From: Bacteroidia bacterium | Lineage (GTDB): Bacteria > Bacteroidota > Bacteroidia > UBA4408 | Direction: 5' to 3' | Assembly (NCBI GenBank): GCA_020845635.1 | Contig: JADLFI010000026.1 | Span: 3,329 to 67,328 of the forward strand | DNA length: 64,000 nucleotides | Shown here: piece after piece, positions 39,545 through 51,154 of the stretch | Layout of the letters: each line of letters begins with the position of its first letter | How positions within the stretch are numbered: the first letter of the stretch is position 1 | Position numbers and translations under genes: made by a program | The notes under the pieces: generated by a model | What the model was told of the DNA's origin: nothing | The model's database searches: none | What the model saw: the letters and a program-made list of their open reading frames with translations, nothing else

Positions 39545-40045
39545 TTAAGCAATTAAATGCAATATTTCATTGATGTTTTTGTTAGGATTTATCAATAAAT
39601 GGTTAACTCCCAGTTTTTCAGCGGCTTGCATATCTCTTAATTTATCACCAATAAACCAAGACTTATGAATATCTACATTATATTTATCAATAGCTTTTTC
39701 AAGCAGTAATGAATCGGGTTTACGGCACAAACATTTGCTTACTGAAGGGTGATGAGGGCAGTAATAAATTTCTTCGAAATGTATATTTGCTTGCTTGGCC
39801 TTAGCTATAAGATATTTATGGCACTCTTCCATATCATTAACTGTATATTTATTTAGGGCTATACCGCTTTGGTTGGTAATGATAATAAAAATATACCCCC
39901 TATTTTTCAAAACTGTCAAAGCCTCAAATAAGCCTTCATTAATAATAAAGTCTTTCACCAAAAAGGTGTGCTCTCCCCTTTCGTAATTAATAACGCCATC
40001 ACGATCCAAAAAAATACAGGCTTTTTTGTTTTTTATTGAAACCAT
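39545..40045 (-). CDS. gmhB: D,D-heptose 1,7-bisphosphate phosphatase-like HAD-IIIA phosphatase
   Basis: HAD motif I FLDRDGVIN. Zn-binding CPHHP…CLCRKP. Motif III FIGDKLRDMQAAEKLG. Confidence 0.75.
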   Translation of the reverse strand: MVSIKNKKACIFLDRDGVINYERGEHTFLVKDFIINEGLFEALTVLKNRGYIFIIITNQSGIALNKYTVNDMEECHKYLIAKAKQANIHFEEIYYCPHHPSVSKCLCRKPDSLLLEKAIDKYNVDIHKSWFIGDKLRDMQAAEKLGVNHLLINPNKNINEILHLIA

Positions 40046-40659
40046 ATATTTTTCAATATTTCTAAAAAGTTAAACAATATATCTTTATTTAAAATAACAG
40101 TAAAAAACAAACCGAATATGGCTCCAAAAAAATGCGCATCATGACCTATGTTACCTTTATTTTGTTTAGCCAGATAATATGAAATACCCAAAAAAAGAAT
40201 CCCAAAAATGTATGCAGGTATGGGAAATGGAATAAATAATATGTAAAACGATTGTAAAGGCGAAAATAATATATAAGCAAAAACGACAGCCGACACTGCG
40301 CCAGAAGCTCCCACAGCAGAATAGGAGTAATTGCTTTTGTTCTTTTCGTATGCCGGAATAACAGCGGTAATAGCACCACCCAAATACAACAGTACATACC
40401 ATAAAGTGCCTTTAGTTCCAAAGTATAAATTGTACATTAACTCTGTTCCGTTGCTGCCAAAATTGTATAATACAAACATATTTACCAGCAGGTGCAAATA
40501 ATCGGCATGTATAAAGGCATAACTTAACAGCCTATAGCTATCTTTTGCCGATTGCATAACTGCCGGAAATAACTTTAACTTAAGAAATACATTTTTATTA
40601 TTGAAGGCGATAATAGAAATTATCCCTGTAATAATAATTAGAAGAGCACTAATAGACAA
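40033..40659 (-). CDS. Rhomboid-family intramembrane serine protease
   Basis: GASGAVSAVVFAYILF contains the GxSG catalytic serine motif, and a downstream His lies in the last helix (…GHDAHFFGAIFGL). Confidence 0.75.
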   Translation of the reverse strand: MSISALLIIITGIISIIAFNNKNVFLKLKLFPAVMQSAKDSYRLLSYAFIHADYLHLLVNMFVLYNFGSNGTELMYNLYFGTKGTLWYVLLYLGGAITAVIPAYEKNKSNYSYSAVGASGAVSAVVFAYILFSPLQSFYILFIPFPIPAYIFGILFLGISYYLAKQNKGNIGHDAHFFGAIFGLFFTVILNKDILFNFLEILKNIWFQ

Positions 40660-40664
40660 AATAT

Positions 40665-42287
40665 TTACTCTGATAACATTCTCATATCTTTTTCAATCAC
40701 GGGAACAAAAGAGCCCTTATCTAAAATAGTAATATTTTCAGAATGGGTTTTAAATCCTTTGGCAGAAACCTCAATGAAATAAGCTCCCGGAGGTAAAATC
40801 ATTACATATTTTCCGGTGGATGGATTAACTTTATATTGTCCAAAAGTATTGTTAGATTTTGATTCAAAAACTTCAATAGTAGCTCCTTCCGGAACCTTTC
40901 CGGTATTAGAACTTAGTATTCCTTTAACTACACTAAGTTCCGGATCAACACCTTTAAAGGTAATTCTGTAAATATCTAAATCACCTAATCCCTCGGAACG
41001 CAATGCGGCCATATATCCATAACGTCCCTTTCCACTCATACATAAGTTTTTATCATCAAAAGGGGTATTTACCGGATATCCAATATTTACGGCAGGACTA
41101 AAGTTTAATGAATCCTCCAAGATTTCGCTTTTAAAAACATCATACCCACCCATTGAGTTATGACCTTTGGAGCTAAAGTACAAAGTATTCCCATTTAAAG
41201 AAATATTCGGAAAATCATCATCGTACGGTGTGTTTACATTAGGACCTAAGTTGTAGGCCTCGCCCCACTCACCGCTCGGTAAAATTCGTGCTCTATATAT
41301 GTCGTATCCCCCAAGACCTCCGGGTCTGTTACTGGCAAAATACATAGTACGCCCATCCGGTGAAATAGTAGCCGAACTTTCATCATACTTTACGCTATTA
41401 ATATTAGTGTTTAATTTATAAGGTTTTAAAATTTCATTTTCCATTTTTGGGCCGACAAAAATATCGCCTTTTCCTTCTTTATTATCGAAATAAAAAATTA
41501 GAGTATTCCCATCTGCGCATACTCCTACAATCTCTTCATCGCCTTCAACAGTATTCACATTCTCGCCAATATCTTCTCCGGCAGTCCACTTTCCGTCTTT
41601 TACGGCTGAAATATATACATTACTGGCATACTTTCCATCAGCTCTTTTCTTTGAATTATCAGGGCGTTGCGAGTTGTACATTAAGAAATTTTCATCTTCA
41701 GATATAAAGGGGTTATAATCGGCAAAGGGCGAGTTTATTTCTTTTCCTAAATTTTCGAAAGTAACAGGTATAGTTTTTTTCATTAAATCTTTCCCATTAT
41801 TACACATTTCTATTTCACGCTTCACTCCTTTCTCCATCTCCTTTCCTGCAGCAGTTGCCAAAAATTTGTTGTATTGCTCAATGGCTTTATCAAATTCTAA
41901 GTTAAATGCTAATGACTTGGCATAATAATATAATTGCATTTTATCTACATTGGGGTCAGTAACAGCAAACTCCAGGAAAGTTTTAGCTTTAACTTTATTA
42001 ATATTTGTTTCAACATAACAAACCCCTACCCTATAATTATAGAAAGCATTTTTTTCATTGCCTTCCAGTAACTTTAGGTAATCGCCTAAGGCTTCCTCGT
42101 AGTTTTTGTTTATAAATTTATAATTTGCCACCGCTACCGGATCGTTAGGATTTGGTGCCGGAGTTTGTTTTACGGAAGCAGGTTGACTTTTAGCAGCAGC
42201 AGGCGTTTTTGTTTGTGCATGTGTATAAGCGCCATACAACAAAAATATAGCTAAAAAGCTTGTTCCGATAATATTTTTTAATTCCAT
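40665..42287 (-). CDS. Secreted TolB-like PD40 beta-propeller repeat protein with an N-terminal TPR-like region
   Basis: Signal peptide. Repeated PD40-like motifs (SPDGRTMYFASNRPGGLGGYDIYRA, SLNGNTLYFSSKGHNSMGGYDVFKS). Confidence 0.55.
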   Translation of the reverse strand: MELKNIIGTSFLAIFLLYGAYTHAQTKTPAAAKSQPASVKQTPAPNPNDPVAVANYKFINKNYEEALGDYLKLLEGNEKNAFYNYRVGVCYVETNINKVKAKTFLEFAVTDPNVDKMQLYYYAKSLAFNLEFDKAIEQYNKFLATAAGKEMEKGVKREIEMCNNGKDLMKKTIPVTFENLGKEINSPFADYNPFISEDENFLMYNSQRPDNSKKRADGKYASNVYISAVKDGKWTAGEDIGENVNTVEGDEEIVGVCADGNTLIFYFDNKEGKGDIFVGPKMENEILKPYKLNTNINSVKYDESSATISPDGRTMYFASNRPGGLGGYDIYRARILPSGEWGEAYNLGPNVNTPYDDDFPNISLNGNTLYFSSKGHNSMGGYDVFKSEILEDSLNFSPAVNIGYPVNTPFDDKNLCMSGKGRYGYMAALRSEGLGDLDIYRITFKGVDPELSVVKGILSSNTGKVPEGATIEVFESKSNNTFGQYKVNPSTGKYVMILPPGAYFIEVSAKGFKTHSENITILDKGSFVPVIEKDMRMLSE

Positions 42288-42889
42288 AATGTTGGATGTT
42301 TAACCTAAATAATAAAGCGAATATAGTTTAGTTTTTTTAAAATTCTAAATTACAAATAATATTTTATTGATAGATAATTCAAAAATTGTACCGAAATGCC
42401 TATTGGTAAGATTTCATTCTACTAAAGTTTAAGTGTGATTTGTAACGGAAAGTACCCCATAATGCAAGCATATTTTTGTTTAAATAAGTTCATGTTGGTG
42501 CAGTATAGCACTATGTATATTTCGAATAACATTTACCGGAAACCTCTAATAGCACGATATTGAGATATAAAAACTTGTAATATATGATTGACCTTTGGAT
42601 AAAGTTGCAATACAATTTTTTGTAAGTTAAAGTTAAGTATTCAATATCATACTATATGCCATGTACTATAATTTGAGGTAAGTTATTATTGGTGTTTTTT
42701 ATTACTATTAAGTCAGAGGCTGTTAGGTTTGCATAAATAGATGGAGTTAGCGAATATATCTTTTACCCATTAGTTTAAAAGAAGTAGTTGAAAACGAGCA
42801 ATAGGACTTTATATAAAAAGACAAAGGCCGGACAAAATATGTCACAGCCAAAGTCACCAACCAAAATTTAAAATTAATAAATATGCTAA

Positions 42890-43753
42890 TTAGCCTAAGT
42901 AAGCCTTAAGATGTTTGCTTTTTGAAGGATGTTTTAATCTTTTGATAGCTTTTTCTTTAATTTGTCTAACTCTTTCGCGTGTTAAATCAAACTTATCTCC
43001 TATTTCCTCCAAAGTATATTCGTGATTAAACCCAATTCCATAAAACATACGTATTACATCTCTTTCTCGCTCAGAAAGCGATGATAAAGAACGCTCTATT
43101 TCTTTTTGCAATGATTCACTTATGAGTAAAGTGTCAGCTCTTGGAGAATCGGTATTGACCAATACATCTAATAATGTGTTTTCTTCGCCTTGAACAAAAG
43201 GAGCATCAACGCTAACATGACGTCCGGAAACTCTTAAAGTATCAACAACTTTATCTTCAGCTATATCTAAAATTTCAGATAGTTCTTCGGCAGAAGGAGT
43301 TCTTTCAAACTCTTGCTCGAGTTTAGAAAAAGCTTTATTAATTTTATTTAAAGAACCAACCTGATTTAAAGGCAAACGAACAATACGCGCTTGCTCGGCT
43401 AAAGCCTGCAAAATAGACTGACGAATCCACCATACAGCATAAGAAATAAACTTAAAGCCTCTTGTTTCATCAAATCTTTTTGCTGCTTTTATTAAGCCTA
43501 AGTTACCTTCGTTTATAAGGTCAGGAAGGCTTAAACCTTGATTTTGATATTGCTTAGCAACAGAAACCACAAAACGTAGGTTTGATTTTGTTAGTTTTTC
43601 AAGTGCTTGCTGATCACCTTCTTTGATGCGTTTGGCTAAGGCTACTTCTTCATCTGCACTAATCAACTCTTCTCTTCCAATTTCTTGCAAATATTTATCA
43701 AGTGAAGCACTTTCTCTGTTGGTAATTGATTTGGTAATTTTAAGTTGTCTCAT
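42890..43753 (-). CDS. rpoD: Primary RNA polymerase sigma factor (sigma-A/RpoD, short Bacteroidota type)
   Basis: Region 2 [37 protein letters not shown]. Region 4 [17 protein letters not shown]. The 287-aa length lacks region 1.1, as is typical of Bacteroidota sigma-A. Confidence 0.85.
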   Translation of the reverse strand: MRQLKITKSITNRESASLDKYLQEIGREELISADEEVALAKRIKEGDQQALEKLTKSNLRFVVSVAKQYQNQGLSLPDLINEGNLGLIKAAKRFDETRGFKFISYAVWWIRQSILQALAEQARIVRLPLNQVGSLNKINKAFSKLEQEFERTPSAEELSEILDIAEDKVVDTLRVSGRHVSVDAPFVQGEENTLLDVLVNTDSPRADTLLISESLQKEIERSLSSLSERERDVIRMFYGIGFNHEYTLEEIGDKFDLTRERVRQIKEKAIKRLKHPSKSKHLKAYLG

Positions 43754-43919
43754 TATAGACTAAAATAAGGGTATATAAATGGTAAATTTTGAACATACAA
43801 ATTTAATTCAAAATCCATAGAATATCAAATATTTTCAACCGTTAAAATTGCCCAATTGTCGTATTATATAGCCTTTTTATGAAATTTAACTTTTATTATC
43901 ACGCTAAAAAATGTTAATA

Positions 43920-45536
43920 CTATTTTTCCAAAAAGGATTCTCTTAATAATTTTACTTTTTCATCACGTAAATATTCATCATAAGTCATTCTACGATCAAT
44001 TATTCCATTGGGTAAAATTTCAATAATTCTATTGGCAATAGTTTCAACAAACAAATGATCATGAGAGCAGAATAGCAAATTACCTGTAAAAGCTTTCAAT
44101 CCATCATTTAAAGAGGTAATGGCTTCCAAATCTAAATGGTTGGTAGGTTGGTCTAAAATTAAGGTATTAGGAGCCTCCAACATAAGTTTTGCAATTAAAC
44201 ATCTTACTTTTTCACCCCCCGAAAGTACCTTGGTTTTTTTCAATGATTCTTCGCCCGAAAAAAGCATTTTTCCTAAGAAGCTGCGAATCCAGGGTTCTTC
44301 TTTAATTTCAGAAAATTGCTGTAACCAATCAATAATATTCAAATCGCCATTAAAATAATAATCGTTTACTCTCGGAAAATAGCCCAATTGTGCTGTGGCG
44401 CCCCATTTAAATTCACCATGATTAATATCTTTTTCGCCCATAAGTATGTCAAACAAGGTTGATATTGTAATGTCATCCTGACTAATAAAAGCAATTTTAT
44501 CGCCACTATCAACCGTAAAGTTAAGTTGTTTGAACAGGTCGTTGCCGTCAACTACTTTATGTAAATTTTTTACTTCCAATATTTGATTTCTGGTTTCTGT
44601 TTTTGGTTTAAAAACAATGTAGGGATATTTGCGCGATGAGGGTTTAATATCTTCAAACACCAACTTATCAAGCAATTTTTTTCTTGATGTTGCTTGACGC
44701 GATTTTGATGCATTGGCACTAAAGCGAGCTATAAACTCCTGAAGTTCTTTTTTCTTGTCTTCTGCTTTACGGTTAGCATCCTGCTTTTGACGTAATATTA
44801 GCTGACTGCTTTCATACCAGAATGAGTAGTTTCCGGTAAATAAAGTTATTTGAGAGAAATCAATATCGGCAATATGGGTACAAACAGCATCCATAAAATG
44901 GCGATCGTGTGATACCACAATTACCGTGTTTTGAAAATCGGCTAAAAAATCTTCTAACCACAACACTGTGGTTGCATCCAAATTATTGGTTGGCTCATCT
45001 AATAATAGCACATCAGGATTACCGAAAAGGGCTTGAGCAAGCAACACTCTTACTTTTTCATTTCCTGCCATCTCGCCCATTAATTTATTATGGTTATCCA
45101 CTTCAATTCCTAATCCGGCTAATAACTCTCCTGCCTCTGACTCGGCATTCCAGCCATTTAGTTCGGCAAATTCTGTTTCCAATTCAGATGCTCTTAAACC
45201 ATCTTCATCGGTAAAATCGGCTTTGGCGTATAATGCTTCTTTCTCTATCATTATGTCCGAAAGTCTTTTATTTCCCATAATTACGGTTTGCAAAACCGTG
45301 AATTCATCAAAGGCGTTTTGATCTTGTTTTAAAACTGAAATTCGGCTTCCCGCATCAACTATTACTTGCCCTTGCTGCGGTTCAATTTCGCCCGAAAGTA
45401 TTTTTAGAAAAGTGGATTTTCCGGCTCCATTAGCCCCAATAATTCCGTAGCAGTTTCCCGGAATAAACTTAATACTTACTTTTTCAAATAAAACACGCTT
45501 GCCATATTGCAAGCCTATATTGGCAGTACTTATCAT
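43920..45536 (-). CDS. ABC-F family ATPase (tandem ABC domains, no TM domain; translation-factor type)
   Basis: Two Walker A motifs (GANGAGKSTFLK, and a second in the C-terminal half), two LSGGE signatures, and an inter-domain linker. Confidence 0.8.
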   Translation of the reverse strand: MISTANIGLQYGKRVLFEKVSIKFIPGNCYGIIGANGAGKSTFLKILSGEIEPQQGQVIVDAGSRISVLKQDQNAFDEFTVLQTVIMGNKRLSDIMIEKEALYAKADFTDEDGLRASELETEFAELNGWNAESEAGELLAGLGIEVDNHNKLMGEMAGNEKVRVLLAQALFGNPDVLLLDEPTNNLDATTVLWLEDFLADFQNTVIVVSHDRHFMDAVCTHIADIDFSQITLFTGNYSFWYESSQLILRQKQDANRKAEDKKKELQEFIARFSANASKSRQATSRKKLLDKLVFEDIKPSSRKYPYIVFKPKTETRNQILEVKNLHKVVDGNDLFKQLNFTVDSGDKIAFISQDDITISTLFDILMGEKDINHGEFKWGATAQLGYFPRVNDYYFNGDLNIIDWLQQFSEIKEEPWIRSFLGKMLFSGEESLKKTKVLSGGEKVRCLIAKLMLEAPNTLILDQPTNHLDLEAITSLNDGLKAFTGNLLFCSHDHLFVETIANRIIEILPNGIIDRRMTYDEYLRDEKVKLLRESFLEK

Positions 45537-45566
45537 ATTTTTTTGTTTTGGGGCGCAAAGATAATA

Positions 45567-47885
45567 TTATTTATTGCCCTTTCCGTAATCAAATAGTGAA
45601 TAAAATCTAATGTCCTGAATATCCCATGTTTCCTGCTTATGGCTTACATTAATAACCTGTGTTTCTTGGGCTTGAAGCATTATAAAATTTTTGTCAAAAG
45701 TAAGTTTCTTACGGTTTATACTTTGTAAAAATAATGCAGGGGCTAATGTGTTGTTACAGGTTATCGAGATTTGATGTTCATTTAATTTTTTGATTTCAAT
45801 TTGCGGCTGCTCAAGCTTTAGTTCTTTTTCAGGAATCAGTAAAATAACCGTATCCCAAATAATTTGATTCACAACCGAATTTATTAATTGAATTTTTAAA
45901 TATTGTTTATTGCTTTGTTCTGCTTCTATTGCTTGAAAGGAAATGCCTTCATTTTTGAGCTGCTCAGCATTTATTAATAATTCCTTGGTTTGAACTGTGC
46001 TGTTATTAAGGTTACATAAAGAAATCAATATTTTATCAGTATTAATCGGTTCCTTTATTATAGGGTTGGTTCTTATGACATAATGCTTATCGTCTTTTTT
46101 ATTAAGTAAATAATCTGAGAAATAAGGAGGTATTTTTGCCTGTAAGTTAAAGTCGAGCGCAGCCCATGTAATGCCTGGCCAACTCTCGTTAAATTGCCAA
46201 AATAGCGAACCCGAGCAGTATGGAAAATTAATTAAATGCGCGTTGAAGGCTAATTTTAAAGCTTTGTTTTGTATATATTGCGAAGCATATATCAGTTCTT
46301 CAATATTTTTAGGTGTATCAAAATAGGTTTCTATATAGCGTAAAATTAACTTAATGCTTTTATAGCTTAACATGCGTTGAAAAAGCAAAGTGTCTTCTTT
46401 ATGATTACAATTTAAACCGGGTAAATATTGTTGGTATAGTGAATTGTTGCTCAATGAAGGTATGCCATACTCACTGGCAAAGCGTGGAATATTTTTTTGG
46501 TAATCCTCCAGTGGCTTTTCGCCATGCCAAATGCCCCAGTGATGATTATCGCCAAGAGTAAAGTCAACCGAATTGCCCCAATTACTTACAGGTGATGAAG
46601 GCAAATATGACACTTTACTGTTCAGGTTTTTTAATTTTAATGGTATTAATGAATCAAAAAGAATCTTGTAATTGTTGATAAGAAACAAGCTATCCTTCTT
46701 ATTATAATTATACTTTTTCTGCCATCCCCAGTTTTTCCAAGCCACATCAATTTCATTATTGCCACACCACAGCGATATACACTTGAATTTTGACAAACGT
46801 TTTATTTGTTGTTCTATTTCCGTGTCCACTATATTCAGCCATTCTTTATCACCCGGATACATAGTGTTAGCAAACATAAAATCGTGCCAAATGGCAATGT
46901 TAAAACTATCGGCTAATTGATAAAAATAATCGTCTTCATACCAACCGCCACCCCATATTCTGAGCATATTGCAACCAAATCGATGAAGCTGCTCAAATAT
47001 TTGTTGGTAATACTCATAACGATTGGGCCTAATTTGATTTTTCTGCAAATCTGAAGTTCTTTTGTATGTCTTTACAGGTAAGGGATACATATTGTAAGGA
47101 ACATAATTGGCTCCATATATTGCCTTGGGGTTTTGTGTATTATTACTTGTATAAAAGGAAAAACTTTGCCCGTAATTGTCATTAAGTTGCTTGAGATGGT
47201 ACATTGGCTCAACTGTAGGTTCAGGCAACTTATTAATTTCAGTATGCCCTTTTTTGTTTGTTGTAATTTTTACGGGTTTCCAAATACCACAGGAAAGCAA
47301 ACGAGGATTAATATCCCAACCAAACTGAAAAGCCGCTTTTCTTACAAAGGGACTTATTTTATACTCGGTATTTTCATTATCTGCCGGATAGATGATGTTG
47401 CTTTGGAGTGCCTGTTTTAAGCCTATTTGTGCGGCTGAATAAAACTCTATTTTAAGTATGTTGGTGCCATTGCGTAGTAAAGTTGTTACATCCTTTTGAT
47501 AGCTGATAAACATACTGTTGCTTTTAATGATAAATTCATTATTGAGCCAAACTTTTGCATAAGTATCAAGACCTTCAAAAGTAATTGTATATTGATTCTC
47601 GTTATTAAGGTTTAAATTAAAAAGTGTGGTATAGGTAAATAGGCTGTCTTCTATCCATTTTAAATTTTGGATATTGTTATTTACATAGGGATCGGGAATT
47701 AAACGATTGCATATTAAATCGTTGACATTACTGCCCGGAACAATGGCTCTGTATTGTTTAGAGCTTTTCCCAATACTAAAATACCAGTCGCAATAATCAC
47801 TGTCTAATTCAATTTCTTGAGCGTACAAGTTAAAACCGAAGTTCCAAGAAAAGATGAAAAAGAGAACAATGATAAAACGATTCAT
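45567..47885 (-). CDS. Secreted glycoside hydrolase family 2-like protein (beta-mannosidase-like)
   Basis: Signal peptide. WCGNNE (acid/base region) and RFASEYGIPS (nucleophile region) resemble the GH2 beta-mannosidase catalytic motifs. Confidence 0.5.
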   Translation of the reverse strand: MNRFIIVLFFIFSWNFGFNLYAQEIELDSDYCDWYFSIGKSSKQYRAIVPGSNVNDLICNRLIPDPYVNNNIQNLKWIEDSLFTYTTLFNLNLNNENQYTITFEGLDTYAKVWLNNEFIIKSNSMFISYQKDVTTLLRNGTNILKIEFYSAAQIGLKQALQSNIIYPADNENTEYKISPFVRKAAFQFGWDINPRLLSCGIWKPVKITTNKKGHTEINKLPEPTVEPMYHLKQLNDNYGQSFSFYTSNNTQNPKAIYGANYVPYNMYPLPVKTYKRTSDLQKNQIRPNRYEYYQQIFEQLHRFGCNMLRIWGGGWYEDDYFYQLADSFNIAIWHDFMFANTMYPGDKEWLNIVDTEIEQQIKRLSKFKCISLWCGNNEIDVAWKNWGWQKKYNYNKKDSLFLINNYKILFDSLIPLKLKNLNSKVSYLPSSPVSNWGNSVDFTLGDNHHWGIWHGEKPLEDYQKNIPRFASEYGIPSLSNNSLYQQYLPGLNCNHKEDTLLFQRMLSYKSIKLILRYIETYFDTPKNIEELIYASQYIQNKALKLAFNAHLINFPYCSGSLFWQFNESWPGITWAALDFNLQAKIPPYFSDYLLNKKDDKHYVIRTNPIIKEPINTDKILISLCNLNNSTVQTKELLINAEQLKNEGISFQAIEAEQSNKQYLKIQLINSVVNQIIWDTVILLIPEKELKLEQPQIEIKKLNEHQISITCNNTLAPALFLQSINRKKLTFDKNFIMLQAQETQVINVSHKQETWDIQDIRFYSLFDYGKGNK

Positions 47886-48637
47886 GATTGATGTGCATTG
47901 ATAACAGCAAGCATATTTTTTATTTTCTTGTCAGAAACAACCGACCATTGGTTATTGTTTAATTGGGCATTAAAATTAATTTCTCCGTGGTAATTGTTCT
48001 GCTCAACCAAAACTGAGGCAGAGGAATGAAAAAAACGCAAACCCCTATCAATAAAAGATGAAATGTTATTTTCATTAATCCCTGAACCGGCTATTATATT
48101 TATTCTATCTTGTGCAAATTCAATCATTCTTTGTATTTCATCAATTCCTTCAATGGCTTTATTTTTACCACCCGAGCTAAGAATATTTTCAACATGGTGT
48201 TCTATTAAAAAATCCAAAGCTACTATTTTGTTGGTGCAAATATCAATAGCCCTATGAAAGGTAAAAGAGATATTACTTTCTATTGAAAGCATATTTTTAC
48301 AAAATGTTTTATCAATAGAGCCGTCAGGCATGAGTGCTCCAAAAACAAGCCCATCAGCACCATACTTTAACATCATTTCTGCATCATTCAACATGGTCAT
48401 TTTTTCGATATTGCTATAAACAAAATTACCCCCGCGGGGTCTAATCATCACATAAACCGGAAAATCGGGACATAATTTTTTGGCCATCTGTAAATCACCA
48501 ATACTTGGTGTAGTTCCACCTACATACTGATTAGCGCACAATTCGGCTCTATGAGCTTTAGCCTGATAGGCTGTTTGAACATCAGCAGCTCCATAGCAAC
48601 AAATCTCCAACAAATATTCGGTATTTACTCTTTTCAT
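47882..48637 (-). CDS. cutC: Copper homeostasis protein CutC
   Basis: LEICCYGAADVQTAYQAKAHRAELCANQYVGGTTPS matches the CutC N-terminus. Length 251 aa. It overlaps the GH2-like gene by 4 bp. Confidence 0.8.
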   Translation of the reverse strand: MKRVNTEYLLEICCYGAADVQTAYQAKAHRAELCANQYVGGTTPSIGDLQMAKKLCPDFPVYVMIRPRGGNFVYSNIEKMTMLNDAEMMLKYGADGLVFGALMPDGSIDKTFCKNMLSIESNISFTFHRAIDICTNKIVALDFLIEHHVENILSSGGKNKAIEGIDEIQRMIEFAQDRINIIAGSGINENNISSFIDRGLRFFHSSASVLVEQNNYHGEINFNAQLNNNQWSVVSDKKIKNMLAVINAHQS

Positions 48638-48640
48638 AGG

Positions 48641-50995
48641 CTATTTGCCAAATGCACTATAGTATCCTTTTTGAAAGAACTTTAATTTTTTGTTACCCCC
48701 TGTATATTCTGTAACTTTTGATTTAAAATCAGTAACATTGGCCGCTTTATCTCTTGCCCCAAAGCTTTTACCTAAGTCGAGCAAAGCAGTGTTTATATAG
48801 CCCTCAGGGTAATTACGATTTATAAGCGCTTTGTACAATTCAAATGCATCATCAATTTGACCATCGTTGCGCATAGTATTGGCAACATATTCCAATGCAG
48901 CATTCTTAAAGTTGTTTAAAGCAAATTCTTTTAATGATTTTTTATGGATGTTAAACTTACTAATTTCGTATTGTGAATAGTAGGCCATTGCTTCTTTATA
49001 TTTGCCAACAGCCTCTTTATATTGACCATTCATTTGTAAATCAATAATCTTATTAATTAACCTCTGATATGTGGCTGCCGGCAATATCTGCATTTTTTCC
49101 TCTGCCATCATAGTTGTATTAATATTACAATCAGGATTTTCATTGGCCGTATTTATGTATTTTTCATAGTTTTCATCAGCAATAATATAGTTATTTCCCC
49201 CTTTGGCGTCTTTAGCCGTTTCGTAATAACTATTAAGCTTTTTTTGAATATCTACACAAGTAGCTTCTTTTAACTGACTCTTTACCTTTGCTAAGGAGTT
49301 GTTTATTTCACTATCGTTTTGAAGTTTATAGAAACTTTGCATTTCCTCTACTTTAGCCATAATTGTTTTGGTGTCGTCCCACTTGTTTTTTGAAGCTAAT
49401 TCGTTAATATCATTTACTTTTATCATAATCACTTCTCGCGCATTTTTTTGTTCAATATCCAATGGAATCAATGAAGGGGAGTAATTGTATTTATTCTCCA
49501 AATCATGGGCACTTTCAAATGAAGCCAGAGCCGCATTATAGTTTTTATTTTTATAATACTCCTTGGCATCGTTAATAGCAGTTTTATAGTCATTTAGTTT
49601 TAATGATTTATCGGCCTTTTCCTCCATTGATTTGTCCTGTATGTAGGACTTATTATCTTTAGCATAATTTTTAGCCTGATTAAATTTAATGTAGGCCTCA
49701 TTATTGTTTCCTGATTCAGCAAGTTTTATTGCATCAGCCATAAGCCCATCATAAATTTTTTGACGATTTTTTCCTAATCCAATATTTAAATTTTCAGTAC
49801 ATATTAACCCCCGTATTTCATTACATAACTTTTGGGCTCTTTCATATTCCTGAATAGACTCATTGTAATGTCCGCTTTGGTATTTCTTATCGGCATTATC
49901 CAAATATTCATTATAAATATTTTTAAACAGTATTAAAGACTTATTATATATTGACGGATCAGGGCTCATCTTAAACCACACTTCGCGCAATTTTAAATCA
50001 GCATCAAGCACCTGATTGTTGTCAAACATAACTTGAGACATAAGATATCCCGCAGGAGCAAATAAAGGATTTACCGCTAATGACTTTCCACACCAGGTAA
50101 GTGCCAAAGCATTATCTTTATTCATATATGCTTCCATTCCCTTATTATAATAGTATGAGTCAAGTGCAGAATAAGCCATATTAACAGACATTCTTTTTTG
50201 GGCTAAAATGTTTCGTAGGGAGGCAATACGGCCGGCTAAATTAATTGGGTCTTGTTGTGATAACTGCAATAAGTTAATATAATTTTTAGCTTCAATAATA
50301 TTGATATCGTTTTCAACTTGTTGAAGTGCAATGGTTGTAGCCTCAACATTATCGGGCGAAATAAATACAATAGATGATAATCTACTTTGTGCATTATCTA
50401 AAATCATACTACTTCCATAATAATCGTCAATCAATGAAGTACGATAATTAAAATCATTAATGGTTTGACCATCATAATAGGCAATCATATTTACGAGCTG
50501 AACACTTAACTTTTGATTTCCCAAAGGAATAAGCCCCGTGTTGAAAAAAGTGTTATAGTTATTGGCTCGATTAATATTTGAAATTTGCAATGTACGTAAT
50601 ATCATACCTCTTTCGTCAGTAATATTAAGCATGATATTTAGAGCCGATGGAAATAATAAATCGCCAATATAAAAATTACGATAATTAATATCACCCGTAG
50701 CCGAAAGTATATTATTACTTACTTGTATAGTCAAAAAATTATTACTATTCAACAATTCTAAAGTTTGATTAAAACTAATGGCATAGTTAACCAAATAAGT
50801 AGGTTTACCGGTGGCCTGCGATATTTTATTTAATATTTGATTGGTTATTTCGGGGCTACCCTGAAGTTTATTCAAATTATACTGAAAAGTGTAATTGTTG
50901 GTACTGCGGAATAATGTAAAGGACTGCGGCTTTACCGTTAAAGGGCTTATAAAAAATATCCCTATAAGAATAATAGTGGTAATCAGTTTTTTCAT
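48641..50995 (-). CDS. Large secreted protein with TPR-like helical repeats, unknown function
   Basis: Signal peptide MKKLITTIILIGIFFISPLTVKPQ. Repeated NYNAALASFESA / YKEAVGKYKEAMAYY-type TPR-like helices. Confidence 0.45.
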   Translation of the reverse strand: MKKLITTIILIGIFFISPLTVKPQSFTLFRSTNNYTFQYNLNKLQGSPEITNQILNKISQATGKPTYLVNYAISFNQTLELLNSNNFLTIQVSNNILSATGDINYRNFYIGDLLFPSALNIMLNITDERGMILRTLQISNINRANNYNTFFNTGLIPLGNQKLSVQLVNMIAYYDGQTINDFNYRTSLIDDYYGSSMILDNAQSRLSSIVFISPDNVEATTIALQQVENDINIIEAKNYINLLQLSQQDPINLAGRIASLRNILAQKRMSVNMAYSALDSYYYNKGMEAYMNKDNALALTWCGKSLAVNPLFAPAGYLMSQVMFDNNQVLDADLKLREVWFKMSPDPSIYNKSLILFKNIYNEYLDNADKKYQSGHYNESIQEYERAQKLCNEIRGLICTENLNIGLGKNRQKIYDGLMADAIKLAESGNNNEAYIKFNQAKNYAKDNKSYIQDKSMEEKADKSLKLNDYKTAINDAKEYYKNKNYNAALASFESAHDLENKYNYSPSLIPLDIEQKNAREVIMIKVNDINELASKNKWDDTKTIMAKVEEMQSFYKLQNDSEINNSLAKVKSQLKEATCVDIQKKLNSYYETAKDAKGGNNYIIADENYEKYINTANENPDCNINTTMMAEEKMQILPAATYQRLINKIIDLQMNGQYKEAVGKYKEAMAYYSQYEISKFNIHKKSLKEFALNNFKNAALEYVANTMRNDGQIDDAFELYKALINRNYPEGYINTALLDLGKSFGARDKAANVTDFKSKVTEYTGGNKKLKFFQKGYYSAFGK

Positions 50996-51154
50996 TTCTT
51001 TCGTTTTATGAGTAAAAGTACAAGTATTATACCAAAAAATAAAAAGTAAGGGGTTAAGCAGTATTTACCACTGTTATACGTCCTTCTCGCTAAAGGTTTA
51101 AGGGTAAATTATAAGATTTGAGGAATAACTATATTATACAACTATCAATCAATT

